Positions 50,601-61,988 of a stretch of DNA of 64,000 nt are shown piece by piece; within the stretch, counting starts at the first letter, position 1; every line of letters starts with the position of its first letter. The notes under the pieces are model-generated. The model was not told the DNA's origin, did no database searches, and was given only the letters and a program-made list of their open reading frames with translations. The stretch is taken from contig NC_042997.1 of NCBI RefSeq assembly GCF_006345805.1, positions 182,032,001 through 182,096,000 of the forward strand, written 5' to 3'. The position numbers and the translations under genes are program-made. This DNA is from Octopus sinensis (lineage: Eukaryota).

Positions 50601-51000
50601 ACTACACAAATATATAAATAGGTGTGGGCGTCTTTATACATGATTCTATGTATATAAGTACATATAAGTGTGTGTATATATATAGTTACTGTCCAATGAA
50701 TTAATAAATCATATGGTATACACCTGGTAGTGTAGTGATCATTAAAAATTCTCATATCTTCCGTCTTCCGTCTCTCTCATTAATTACATACATACATGTA
50801 TATATATGTATGTATGTATCTATGTATGTGTGTGTGTATACATACATACTTGATGAAAGTGGGAGGAACAAGGTGTAAAAGAATCTAAAGAACAACTGGT
50901 TTCGTATAAAAAAAAACTTACCACAGGTATCCACAATACCACCCCATCATGTGATACGATGATACGGACAAATGACCGCTTGAATCCAGGTTCCCTTGCT
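17896..51000 (-). CDS. Divergent nicotinic-acetylcholine-receptor-like Cys-loop ligand-gated ion channel subunit, 5'-partial; join(complement 51000-50922, 44199-43830, 41346-41263, 31033-30918, 18306-17896)
   Basis: Five exons with GT-AG sites and matching phases (start 2, then 0, 1, 1, 0) splice into one open frame. It contains the Cys-loop CFPNTTFFPFDIQIC (C-x13-C with FPFD), loop C, M1-M3, the intracellular loop, M4 and a stop codon. Confidence 0.92.
19040..19555. mobile_element. Same MITE family, copy 3 (inverted relative to copy 2)
   Basis: The interior is the reverse complement of copy 2. Confidence 0.78.
19800..20280 (-). mobile_element. Decayed RTE-clade RT fragment
   Basis: The minus strand reads IFQVRQLEEKYSAKSKSLSLAFVDLKKAF. 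Confidence 0.7.
21141..21323. mobile_element. Short pogo/Tigger-type MITE (a truncated relative lies at about 31634-31800)
   Basis: TIRs TACCATATTTTAATGTGCATAAGG / CCTTATACACATTAAAATATGGTA. Confidence 0.65.
24331..24500 (-). mobile_element. Fragment of an R2/R4-type LINE restriction-like endonuclease domain, within a SINE
   Basis: LIDMTVPIDINV...ELSKYKGLEIEIGKIW...IPVVIGAL. Confidence 0.6.
26471..26885 (+). mobile_element. tRNA-derived SINE family A, doubled form (other copies at about 2343, 14440-14820 minus, 39685, 42258, 45155 and 55290-55690 minus)
   Basis: Head GGCGGCGAGCTGGCAGAATCGTTAG, B-box GGGTTCAAATTCC and body GTCGACTTTGCCTTTCATCC; many dispersed copies. Confidence 0.8.
27645..28515. 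repeat. Compound (ACC/ATC/GCC/ACG)n tract with higher-order units, intronic
   Basis: The block ATCGCCACCACCATCATGACTACCACCACCACCACTACCACC recurs. Confidence 0.9.
29019..29370 (+). mobile_element. tRNA-derived SINE family B (copies at about 22405, 26930, 52450 and 57735 plus; 12595, 23310, 51755 and 63395 minus)
   Basis: GGAGTGGTTGTGTGGTAAGTAGCTTGC...GGTTCAGTCCC...GACTGAAACAAGTAAA; most copies carry an internal microsatellite. Confidence 0.8.
30918..31033 (-). CDS. Receptor exon: M3 (IYLCFNLAILTLSTFLNVLVVNLANSHARSKIAKPLRA)
   Basis: Acceptor cttttactgtttacag|GT and donor GCT|gtaagt; 116 nt, phase 1 to 0. Ends with an M3 V.V.NL motif. Confidence 0.9.
31140..31413. repeat. About 275-bp near-perfect palindrome (fold-back MITE)
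   Basis: GCGTGGAAGGTGTTTATAAGCCATTTAAG... / ...CTTAAATGGCTTATAAACACCTTCCACGC; TGCT on both flanks. Confidence 0.85.
32345..32387 (-). ncRNA. Minimal hammerhead ribozyme in the inverted terminal copy of the Penelope-like element
   Basis: CCAC-CTGAAGA-TTGTC(gatcaa)GACAA-GAAA-C(gatt)G-TA-GTGG: core intact, 5-bp stem II, GUA triplet and a CCAC/GTGG stem I. Confidence 0.7.
37677..37718 (+). ncRNA. Hammerhead motif at the 3' end of the Penelope-like element; GAAA reduced to GAA, probably inactive or a sequencing error
   Basis: ccacCTGAAGAttgtcgatcaagacaaGAAcgattgtagtgg. Confidence 0.55.
37945..38173. repeat. About 230-bp near-perfect palindrome
   Basis: The arms AGATTGAACAGAAATCGTTTTATTTCATTCTACACGTGTTTCGAAAGGCACAAATTACC and its exact reverse complement surround a short loop. 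Confidence 0.88.
38482..38602. repeat. About 120-bp near-perfect palindrome
   Basis: ATAAGGATGCCAAGTGCTGG...GAGAGTGAAA / TTTCACTCTC...CCAGCACTTGGCATCCTTAT. Confidence 0.85.
39025..39350 (+). mobile_element. tRNA-headed SINE family C with a conserved central domain (copies at about 3395, 11405, 21575 and 60880)
   Basis: GGCTCAGTGGTTAGAGCG...GAGTTCGATTCC followed by GTGTTCTTGAGCAAGACACTTTATTTCACGTTGCTCC. Confidence 0.75.
41263..41346 (-). CDS. Receptor exon: M2 and M2-M3 loop (FGLFMAFFVLLLYLVSVLPPSQELPYFG)
   Basis: Acceptor tttgtcttttatctag|GC and donor TTTG|gtaagt; 84 nt, phase 1 to 1. Not in the ORF track; found by reading the minus strand. Confidence 0.9.
41573..41899. mobile_element. 327-bp MITE with about 110-bp TIRs starting GG and an 8-bp TSD (TAAGTACC)
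   Basis: GGATCTTTTCACTTTGACCGGCAG... / ...CTGCCGGTCAAAGTGAAAAGATCC; TSDs at 41565-41572 and 41900-41907; inserted into a SINE. Confidence 0.85.
43830..44199 (-). CDS. Receptor exon: Cys-loop, loops B/C and M1 (TKYEVQCFPNTTFFPFDIQIC...LPSDFADKVTLG)
   Basis: Acceptor ttctcttttcgcag|ACC and donor TTAG|gtcagt; 370 nt. Cys-loop signature, PCFLLSSL M1 motif and a pre-M2 xKVTLG motif. Confidence 0.95.
44256..44821 (-). mobile_element. Mariner transposon, internally deleted
   Basis: TIRs TTGGGTTGTCCGGAAAGTTCGTGCCGATTT and its reverse complement, left TA, and HPPYSPDIAPSDFHLF. Confidence 0.92.
46654..46693 (-). ncRNA. Minimal type I hammerhead ribozyme (inverted copy, sense to the receptor pre-mRNA)
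   Basis: Reverse complement of the motif at 47007-47046. Confidence 0.82.
47007..47046 (+). ncRNA. Minimal type I hammerhead ribozyme
   Basis: ATGCG-CTGACGA-GAGG(caata)CCTC-GAAA-C(cg)G-TC-CGTGT: intact core, 4-bp stem II, palindromic ACCGGT stem III, GUC cleavage triplet at 47039-47041 and a 5-bp stem I with two G-U pairs. Confidence 0.85.
47366..47405 (+). ncRNA. Minimal type I hammerhead ribozyme (second direct copy)
   Basis: Same motif; CTGACGA starts at 47371 and the cleavage C is at 47400, 359 nt after the first. Confidence 0.85.
50922..51000 (-). CDS. Receptor exon (extracellular beta5-beta6): AREPGFKRSFVRIIVSHDGVVLWIPV
   Basis: Acceptor tttcttgatttttag|A and donor GTG|gtaagt; 79 nt, phase 2 to 0. 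It resembles the nAChR V.V.xDG.V.W.P motif and joins in frame to TKYEVQC. Confidence 0.85.
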
Positions 51001-51176
51001 CTAAAAATCAAGAAATAATATATATTATATACAAGATGAAATCAGATAAGTAGAACGGAAACCAAACCCATATAATGCATGATTTCTAATATTTAAACGA
51101 TGATTAATATTTTCAATATAGATTCGTCAGGGGCAAAATGTATAAGAGCGTTTATTACCATTAATTTAGGATTAAA

Positions 51177-51565
51177 CTAGCAGTATCGCCCGGCGTTGCT
51201 CAGGTTTGTAAGGGAAATAACTATATAAGCATTTTTAGAGAGTTACTTCCCTTATATAATGGCAAAAATGCATTAAAAATGGAAAAAAATTATGGTAATT
51301 TTTTTTTAAATCGTAGACATTTTTAGAGAGTTACCTCCCATATACAATAGCAAAAAAATGCATTAAAAATGGAAAAAATGATGGTAAATTTTTTTTTAAA
51401 TCGTAGACTCATCGTAGACGCGCGCTAATACCCAGAAGGGCTCGATATGAATCACGACTATAAGATACCCGCTTTTGGTTAAACTGCACCGCAAAATGTG
51501 GGAGTAGTTAGGAATCTAAATCGTAGGAGACAGACACCACACAACTTCAGTTTTATGTATATAGA
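51177..51565 (-). mobile_element. Non-autonomous Helitron-like element, same family as 180-461, with an internal duplication
   Basis: Reverse complement of the 180-461 element, with TC and CTAG ends. Confidence 0.7.
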
Positions 51566-51954
51566 TATTTGTGAAGGAAACAGTATTAATACCGAATAGC
51601 AATCTTGATATCATCCTTAACGTAGATGTATTGTTAGAAGCTGTATTATGGCAGTATTCGCGTTGAAAGGCTTCTCATATAGATGTATTGTGCTAAAGAG
51701 CACAGAAATATCAATAGTAGACGAGAATCAAACTGATCGAAACTTTTTTTCCACGTTTTTACTTGTTTCAGTTATTTGACTGTGGCCATACTGGAGCACC
51801 GCCTTTAGTTGAGCAAATCGACCCCAGGACTAATTCTTTGTAAGCCTAGTACTTATTCTATCGGTCTCTTTTGCCGAACCGCTAGGTTACGGGAACGTAA
51901 ACGCACCAGCATCGGTTGTCAAGCGATGTTGGGGGGACAAACATAGAAACACTA

Positions 51955-51991
<37 letters not shown>

Positions 51992-51995
51992 TATA

Positions 51996-52039
<44 letters not shown>

Positions 52040-53571
52040 TACGACGGGCTTCTTTCAGTTTCCGTCTACCAAATCTACTCACAAGGCTTTGGTTGGCCCG
52101 AGACACTTGCCCAAGGTGCCACGCAGTGGGACTAAACCCGGAACCATGTGGTTTGTAAGCAAGTTACCACACAGCCACTCCTACGCCTACGTAAATATTT
52201 TTTAAAAAAAGAATGTTTTTATGCGTAATAGTGAAGGTAACAGTCAGGAAAAAATCATTATTCTGGTAATCGTATCGTGGTCATGGGTTTCTTCGATCCA
52301 AGAAGTTGTCAGTTTTTCTTCGACGTTTTGCGTTTCGTCTTTTTTTCGCCCCCAGCGTAGGCTTTCAGATGACTGTAGATGATTATCAATTCACCGCAGA
52401 GTAAGTTCAAATATTTTGCCTACAAATTTCTTTGTAATAGTAATCTACAGGAGTGGCTGTGTGGTAAGTAGCTTGCTAACCAACCACATGGTTACGGGTT
52501 CAGTCCCACTGCGTGGCATCTTGGGCAAGTGTCTTCTGCTATAGCCCCGGGCCGACCAATGCCTTGTAAGTGGATTTGGTAGACGGAAACTGAAAGAAGC
52601 CTGTCGTATATATGTATATATATATGTAAGTGTGTGTGTGTGTGTGTGTTTGTCCCCCTAGCATTGCTTGACAACCGATGCTGGTGTGCTTATGTCCCCG
52701 TTACTTAGCGGTTCGGCAAAAGAGACCGATAGAATAAGTACTGGGCTTACAAAGAATAAGTCCCGGGGTCGATTTGCTCGACTAAAGGCGGTGCTCCAGC
52801 ATGGCCGCAGTCAAATGGCTGAAACAAGTAAAAGAGTAAAAGAGTAAAGAGTACACCGTTTGAAAGGTATTTGTATAAAATTTCATAAAAAAAACTACCT
52901 ATTTTCCAGAAAGTTATGAGTGGGAAAATGACGGGTCCTGTGAATTTTCCGAAACTCTTCTCCCCAACCCTCAGAAATTTTTTCCAACAAATCTTTACAG
53001 ACTCTCGATCTACAAAATTTAAGCGATTATTTGGTGAAATTTTCGTTAAAAAGTATCCGTTTTTCTGGAATTTATGAGGCAACATAATCGATTGAGTGTT
53101 AAAATATAGTTTTGCCTTTTTCAATAAAAGTTAACATTAACGGATTAACGTTAACTTCCCTTGCATTTTCAAAGAATTAACGGATTAACGAAGTTAACTT
53201 TTTGGTTAACGGATTAATGATTAACGAAGTTAACTTTTTGATTAACGGTGCCCACCTCTGTATATATGTATATATAGATCTATAGCTATCTATCTATCTA
53301 TTTACTTACTTCCAAATAAATGTGTCAACATGTGACATTATTGACCGAAGTTACCGTGGTCTTTGCCGTAGGCTTTTCTTTCCATGGATAAACCTTATCT
53401 GCTTCCCCTTTACACTTTACTTCATGACATTTCTGTGATATACAATCCTTATTGATCGTTTTTTTGATCGAAAACCTACCCCACTTTTTTTTCTCCCCCA
53501 AAAAGAAAAGTTCTACTTTGTAATTTGTTCCTCTGTGTTCAGCCCTGTGTGGCTAATAAAGAAATCTATCG

Positions 53572-53721
<150 letters not shown>

Positions 53722-53735
53722 TTGTCTACCTAGAT

Positions 53736-53839
53736 CAGTGGTTTTCAACCAGGGTTCCGCCAGTACAGTCCAGGGGTTCCTCGAGCCAGTGAAATGTTTT
53801 CTTGGGGTTCCACTCCAGCAAAAAGGTTGAAAAGCACTG
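53736..53839. mobile_element. 104-bp hAT-type MITE
   Basis: TIRs CAGTGGTTTTCAACC / GGTTGAAAAGCACTG; near-perfect 8-bp TSD acctagat/atctagat. Confidence 0.7.
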
Positions 53840-53845
53840 ATCTAG

Positions 53846-53885
<40 letters not shown>

Positions 53886-55905
53886 ACGTACGTATGTATG
53901 TATGTATGTATGTATGTTTGCATGTATGTGTATATATAGAAGTGTGCGCATGTATAATTCAGAAATATAAATTTACTGCAAGTCTTTTTATTTTTCAACT
54001 GACATATTCACTCTCACACTATTTTACATCCGCAGCTGCCTTTCTCATTTCTTTTTTCTCCAGCGATGTCTGTATTTTTTTCCTCATGTACTCTCTCCCT
54101 CAACGATTGTTGTAACCACATTTTAATCTTCCCTCCCGAACGACTTAACGCATACATTACTGTTTAAAGTAGTCGAAGGTCGTAGATAGATAAGCATCTT
54201 CAGAAAAGACAAAAAATTCCTTCAGGTGTTATGTATATTGATTAATCTAGAATTGTAAGAAAAAAATGTTTTACTTCAACAGTGGATGTAAATAGAAAAG
54301 ATATATGGGTATTTTTCTATTAACTGGTGTAATATATAATTTTTATTCTATGTAACTTTCCATTACACATATAGAATATCTTGTGTGCGCCGAAAGGAAT
54401 TTCGTGAAAACTTTCTGAACTAACAAATTTAAAGGTTAAAATTCAGACCGAGGTATAAAATGATCTTTTAATATAAAATTGCACTGACTTTTCTCAGGTT
54501 AATTAAAATTGAACACTTTTCTAAAATGCAATTATTGCCTGTAACATCTCTTGGATAAAAACCTACACAAAATTTAAGTTATTGCGGAAACAGCGTTAAA
54601 TAAAATATATTTTGTATCAGTTGATGATATCAAATATACGCAAATTCATGACTATATAAATGACATTTAATAAAGTCATACATTCGTGCTCGATGTCTTG
54701 TATTTTACCACCAGGGTAAATATATATCGTATAAATCAGTGCTTTTCATTAAATCTGACTACTTTGATTGATAGTTCCATTTTGTACGACATGGGGGGAA
54801 AATTCGAAAATGGATTCGACCGCCCACGGTCTTAATTTTTCCTTTCTTCTTATTTTATTTTGAGAAATATTGCTGTAAGCGTTGAGTTGACAGAAGCATT
54901 TGAACATCAGATAGAATGCCGTGTTATAGTGACATTCTGAATAGAAATTCCACCGCGAGAAACTTTGCCTTTCATACTTCGAAAGTCAATAAAATTAAGC
55001 ACCAATCAAGTCCATGAGTCGATGTGATACATCACTTCCTAAATTGTTGGCCTACTGCTTAAATTAGTTATTATTAAGGTCAGTGAGTTATCAAAGTCAG
55101 ACAAAATGATTTGTGGAATTCATTTCGGGTCTTTTTGCTTTCGAATACTATCCAGGTGAACTTTGCCTTTTATCCTCTGAAGGTCAATAAAATTAATTAA
55201 TCAGTCAAGTACTGAGATCAGTTTAATCGGTTAACACCTCCTTATCAATTCCTGGTCTGGTACCTGTGTTACAAACGATTATTAAAAGTATTGGTTTCAA
55301 ATTTTGGCACATGGCCAGCTACTTCCGGGGCGGGCGTAAGTCTCGATTACATTGACCTGAGTGCTCCACTTGGTACTTATTTTATTGGTCCTAAAAAGAT
55401 GAAAAGGAAAAGTCGATTTCGGTGGAATTTGAACTCAGAACGTAAAGACAAACGAAATACCTATTTCTTTACTACCCACAAGGGGCTAAACACAGACGAC
55501 AAACAAGGACAGACAAACGGATTAAGTCAATTATATCGATCCCAGTGCGTCACTAGTACTTAATTTATCGACCCCAAAGGATGAAAGGTAAAGTCGACCT
55601 CGGTGGAATTTGAACTCAGAACGCAGCGGCGGACGAAATACTACAAAGCATTTCGCCCGGCGTGCTAACGATTCTGTCAGCTCACCGCTTTAACTATTTG
55701 AAATATTGCTATTGGTTTTTTTTAATAACTTATTTCATATTTAAAATATATTTTGTGTCAACTTTTCTCCTTATTGTTTCTCTCCTTTAATTAAAGACGG
55801 TTTCCTTTCTTTGAAGTCAATAATTCCTGACTTGTACTAGACAACGCCAAAAGAACCCCTATTAACTTAGAGAACGGAAGAGAACGTATACGGATTACAA
55901 CTAAA

Positions 55906-56428
55906 TACCGAAAATCCTCGAGTATAATCCGCATTTTTTCCCCAAAATTTAAAGGTCAAAATCCCTAGTGCGTACTATATACGAGGTTAAAAATGAAAAA
56001 TATTTTCTAAGCAATGTCCGGGTCTCTATTTGCAGCCCGTCAATGTTAATTCAGACGCATTTTGTGATGTCGGACACGAAAATACCTTAAGCTATGCCTG
56101 AAAGCAATGAAGTTATAAAAGAATCATCCATAACTTGCAGTAAGCAACATTTATTAAAATAAAAGTATTCATAACACAGAATAACATGTAACAAAAACTA
56201 TTTGCAAACATTTACATTCCCATATAACAGTTAAGAACATCACCATTATTGTATTACGCATGCGCGGAAGTGTTTGTTCGACTAGGTGCTGCTGGCTTAA
56301 TTACGCACGACTAAAGTTAGAGAAGGGTTGCGTATTATGCACAAGGTTTGGGTTTTACAGAAGTACAGCTCCTAAAAATTCCCTGCGTATTATACTCAAG
56401 GGCGGACTATATTCGAGGATTTACGGTA
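55906..56428. mobile_element. Same MITE family, copy 4 (orientation as copy 3)
   Basis: Shared TIR and interior. Confidence 0.78.
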
Positions 56429-57097
56429 CTTAAGCTGACTAACTGTGAGCACCAGGTGATGACAACCAGAACGACAGACCTATATAGATGAAAAAAATAC
56501 AACATACATTTATAACCCTCAGCCTCGCCTAAAACCAATTGCAGTGGACCCGTCTCAGTGACCAAGTTGCTGTTGGTGCGACGAAAACTTTGCTATTAAA
56601 TAATAAATGTTAAAGTGAAGTTAACAGTCTTCGTGTCTATTCGAACGGTTTATAGACTTCTTCAACGCTGTAACTGTTCTGATTTCAACACACGGTCTCG
56701 GGTCAAATCACCTGCCAGGCAAATACATCTCCAAAATTTATATATTTTTATATTTATGATAGCGTCGTTGAATTTAATGACTCATAAAATTGAATTTCTG
56801 CATGCTACATATATCTCTGTCAAATTATATTTGTCAAACAACAATTTTTCAAAATATATTAATGTCATTTCACTCACAAGGCTGTTAAAAAGTCAGTTCT
56901 TGATCACAAGGGATTTAGACAAATATATGTTACAAGATTTACTTAGATTTTGTCATAAATTCTATTTAAATTGTCAGTAAATAACGAAATAAGAAGGCTT
57001 TATAATGACACACAGTAGAAGGTATCTGTTGACGTCTATATAGGCGTGTGTGTGTGTGATGGTGTGTCGAATAATATAAACTCTATCTATCTATCTC

Positions 57098-57130
<33 letters not shown>

Positions 57131-57357
57131 TTATTTTTTTAAAAATTTTTTCTTTCTTTATTATTTATTTATTTTTTGTTCTTTTCTCCCTTTTTACGAT
57201 CCCTCTTGATCGAAAACCTACGCCACCCCTTTTTTTTTGTTTCTTTTGTTTTTTGTTTTTTTCATCCCCCAAAAGAAAAGCTCTACCTTGTAACTTGTCC
57301 CATCTGTGTGCAGCCCTGTGTGGTCAATAAAGAAACTTATCTATCAATCTATATCTG

Positions 57358-57442
<85 letters not shown>

Positions 57443-58139
57443 TTAAATGGCCTTTTTAGATGATGAAAAAAAAGTTGCATCATGTCATCGTTGTGGTGCA
57501 GAAACGAAGGAAGCTCGAAGAGAAGGGGAAAAAAGGTGAATTTTTCCCTAACTTTACGTTGCAAAACTCGCGGCTGCCAAACTTGTGTGATCTACGCGCT
57601 TATTTTAATTATTATGTTGTTTATTTTTGGTTTCTTATCATTATTTACTAAGATAAGTGAAACATGGTTTTATTAAAATAGTAAGAATTTTGAGAAAAAT
57701 ATATTTACAATGCTAAATGTGTACAAATGAATTTAGTGGCTGTGTGGTAAGTAACTTGCTTACGAACCACATGGTTCCGGGTTCCGTCCCACTGCGTGGC
57801 ACCTTGGGCAAGTGTCTTCTACTATAGCCTCGGGCCAACCAAAGCCTTGTGAATGGATTTGGTAGACGGAAACTGAAAGAAGCCCGTTGTATATATATGT
57901 ATATGTATATATATATATGAGTGTGTGTGTTTCTGAGTCTGTGTTTGTCTTCCCAACATCGCTTGACAACCGATGCTGGTGTGTTTACGTTCCCGTAACT
58001 TAGCGGTTCGGCAAAAGAGACCTATAGAATAAGTACTAGGCTTACAAAGAATTAGTCCTGGGGTCGATTTGTACGACTAAATGCGGTGCTCCAGCATGGC
58101 CGCAGTCAAATGACTGAAACAAGTAAAAGAGTAAAAGAG

Positions 58140-58690
58140 CAATTTCATAATAAAGATGAAATACAATTTTGAATAATTTTGTCGATGAATTGAGCGAACA
58201 TCAAGAAACACAAGAAAAAGGTCTTCAGCATTCTTCCTCATCTGTAGCCAACAGAAATAATTATGGTGAGATTTGAAGGTTCTTTGGTTCACTCCTCATT
58301 TTCAAAATACGAATTTTCGAATCCAACCAGGTTCTTTCAATTGCTTTGAGTATTGGTTCCTGTGTTTGGATTAACATAATATCTTTGGTGGTTGACAGTA
58401 GAATGGCAGAAATTTAGATGATTTAGACTGGAGTATGCTGGCCATTCGTCGGAATGAATAACCGAATTTTCTGAAACTTCTCTTTGAATTATGGATTAGA
58501 GTGTTTCACGATTTCAAACCGGTAACTTTGGCAGACGCGAATAATCGCCCTTTAAGTTGTAGATCACACGCCAAAGTAGCATCCATTATTGAATAGCCAT
58601 TAATTCCTCTTGGTTTATCTGCTTTTTGTTCGAAATTCTCCTGCCCCAAACTTACTTGGTGGGGTTGCCAGTAATGTTTTCAAGCGACCC
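58140..58690 (-). mobile_element. Merlin (IS1595/ISXO2-like) transposase remnant
   Basis: SKFG...IHSDEWPAYSSL...HSTVNH...VNPNTGTNTQ and IERTW...HNYFCW...DLFLVFLD, with frameshifts. Confidence 0.75.
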
Positions 58691-58790
58691 GACAATAAAA
58701 TACATGCGCGCACACACATACATACCCACATACATGGATGCCTGCAGATATACATACATAAATACATACATACATACATACATACATACA

Positions 58791-58821
<31 letters not shown>

Positions 58822-58870
58822 TACATATGTACATGCGTCATACACAGGCACACACATGCGCGCGCATATA

Positions 58871-59040
58871 TGACTGAAACAAGTAAAAGAGTAAAAGAGC
58901 AATTTCATAATAAAGATGAAATACAATTTTGAATAATTTTGTCGATGAATTGAGCGAACATCAAGAAACACAAGAAAAAGGTCTTCAGCATTCTTCCTCA
59001 TCTGTAGCCAACAGAAATAATTATGGTGAGATTTGAAGGT
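58871..59040 (+). repeat. Exact 170-bp duplicate of 58111-58280
   Basis: Base-by-base comparison shows identity; offset 760 bp. Confidence 0.9.
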
Positions 59041-60625
59041 GTGTCGACACCAACTTGCATCTCCCCTTGCTAATCTGTGGAGAAACTCACTGGATGCTGG
59101 CTATATTCCAAAAAACCTTCTGTCCCAGTCTGTTGTCCCAGTTTTCAAAAAGGGAAACAAGTCCCTTGCAGTGAATTACCGTCCGATCTCACTCACCTCT
59201 CATATCATCAAGGTATTTGAGAGGGTGGTGAGATCTCGAATACCCAATTTCTGGAAAGCAACAGACGGCTGATCTCCAACCAACATGGGTTCCGTAATGA
59301 AGGGATGCCTAACGCAGCTCCTGCATCACTTTGAGGACATTTTGAGAGCTTTGGGAGAGGGCTCCAACACCGATGTCATCTACCTTGATTTCAGTAAGGC
59401 CTTCGACAGGGTCGATCACAAGATCCTATTGAAAAAACTATCCAACATTGGTGTCTCTGGAAAGTTACTGAAATGGATTAAGTGTTTCCTGACAGACAGA
59501 TCTCAACATGTTGTAGTTGAAGGGGTAAAATCAAGCCCAGCCAAAGTCAGTAGTGGCGTTCCGCAAGGCACTGTGCTGGGCCCACTTCTTTTCATCATTT
59601 ACATTAATGACATTAATGACACATCATCAAGCACAGCAACATAAAAATCTTTGCAGATGACTCCAAGCTACAGAAGGTCATAAATGAGGCGAGTGACCGG
59701 ACATGCTTCAGTCAGATCTACTGGCTGTTATCCAATGGGCAGAAAAAAAACAATATGCTGCTGAACGAGGATAAATTTGAGCTAATCCACTTTGGAAAAG
59801 AGGATGCCCTGAAACTCCCATACTCCCTTCCTTCAGGTGAAACTCTCGCGGCGTCCAACAACATCAGAGACTTGGGAGTAATTGTGGACAACAACGTAAG
59901 CTGGGCCACTCATATAAACACCAAAGTTGACATGGCCCGCAGAATGTGTTCCTGGATTCTCAGAACTTTCCAGTCGAGAGATATCCACACCATTATCCTT
60001 CTCTTCTCCACTTTTGCCCGACCCCACCTTGAATACTGTTGTCCACTGTGGTCTCCCCACACAATACAAGGTATCATAAAAGTTGAAGCACCTCAAAGGG
60101 CAATCACAAAAAAGATAGATGGCATGACAGGCCTCGACTATTGGGGTCGACTAGAAAAGCTAAAACTCTATTCTCTCCAACGTCGTCGTGAGCGCTACAT
60201 CATCTGCATGATGTGGAAAATATTCCATCAGCATTGCCCAAATGATGTTTGCATCACCTTTAAGGTACATCCAAGGCTTGGGCCCCGTGCCATCCGCCCA
60301 AAACAAAAATCGCACTCTCATCTCATAACAACAATACGGCACAATTATTTCACCTCAATTGGCCCCGCTCTCTTTAACATTACACCAAAACACATTAAAA
60401 CAGAAACTGACCCTATAGGGTTCAAGAAGTCTTTGGACAGATTCCTTCAAGAAATCCCGGATAAACCCCCTACACCCGGATATATGTCTCTGTAAAACAT
60501 AACTCTCTACTTGAGTGGGCCATAGTGCCCAAATTCTGACTTGAAAGACTTCACCAGGTGGTGCTATTAAGTTAGACATGGCCTGGCCAATAATGGCCGA
60601 AACCTATCAAAGTATCAAGTAAGTA
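59041..60625 (+). mobile_element. CR1-clade LINE, 5'-truncated, frameshifted RT
   Basis: PVFKKG...[42 protein letters not shown] and RPHLEYCCPLWSP; ORF stop at 60495 and a short tail. Confidence 0.93.
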
Positions 60626-60632
60626 TATATAT

Positions 60633-60686
<54 letters not shown>

Positions 60687-61750
60687 CATACACACACACG
60701 CATATGTATATATATACATATCTCACTGTATCGACCAGAATAAGGTATGGTCACAATGCGATTCTTTACATTGTTATAGCTTTCAAATGATGCCATCCCG
60801 TTTGGCAAGGCGGGATGGCAAACATTTTCCTGAACAGAGCGCCAATCCATCGTAGGGTTTACTCACTCACAGCTCAGTGGAGGCGCATGGCTTTGTGGTT
60901 AAGGTGTTGAACTCATGATCGTAAGATTGTGGTTTCGATTCCTGGATCGAGCGATGCGTTGTGTTCTTGAGCAAAACACTTCATTTCACCTTGCTCCAGT
61001 CCACTTAGCTGGGAAAAATGAGTAATCCTGCGACGGACTGGCGTCCCGTCCAGGTGGGGAATTTCTACGCCGCTGAAACCGGGAAACCGGTCCTTATGAG
61101 CCTGGCATGGCTCAAGAAGGAACAGTGGACTGAACCGACATGAAATGAAGTGTACCGGTCTGGGAATCGAAACCACGATCTTACAATCTTGAGTGCAACA
61201 CCCTAACCACTAGGCCATGCGCCTTCATACACACAGTACATTCACACATGCGTCCGCGCACACACACACACTCAGAGACATACACATGTACACACATATA
61301 CACACACGTGCCCACACACACATGTGCCCACACACACACGTGCACACACACGTGTCCACACACACACGTGCACACACACGCGTGCACGCACACACACACA
61401 CACACGTGCATGCACACACATACGCACACTCGTGCACACACTTTCATATATGTAAACACACACACTCAGACACACACGTGTACACACATATACACACTCA
61501 GAGGCACACACGCATGTACAAGCATATACATACACACATACACACTCAGACGTAAACACTACGCGCGCACACACGAACACACACATATATACGCACGTGC
61601 ACACACACACACACACACGTGCACACATACACACGTTCACACACATACACACGTGCACACACACACGTGCACACACACACACATGCATATACACACATGC
61701 TCATACACGTGCACACACACACACACGCGTCACAAACGAACACACGAACA

Positions 61751-61796
<46 letters not shown>

Positions 61797-61928
61797 CTAC
61801 TATACTACAGATGCGTTGGCGCCTTTCACTTTTGTCGCTACATAGTATTACTTTACAACTGAAGTTTAATTTTACACAAGCAGTGCTTGTTAAAATCTAC
61901 AGGTTTCATCTTGGTACACATTATAGTG

Positions 61929-61988
<60 letters not shown>

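Noticed and set aside
52356-52400. 45-nt plus-strand segment with a good acceptor and gtaagt donor (same size as nAChR exon 3)
   Set aside because: It is on the wrong strand for the receptor, its translation does not resemble DEKNQ-type exon 3, and there are no partner exons.
53735-53998. LEWNPKK in a minus-strand ORF, resembling the nAChR L.W.P motif of the missing upstream exon
   Set aside because: It lies inside a 104-bp hAT MITE, without suitable splice sites or a following W.PD motif.
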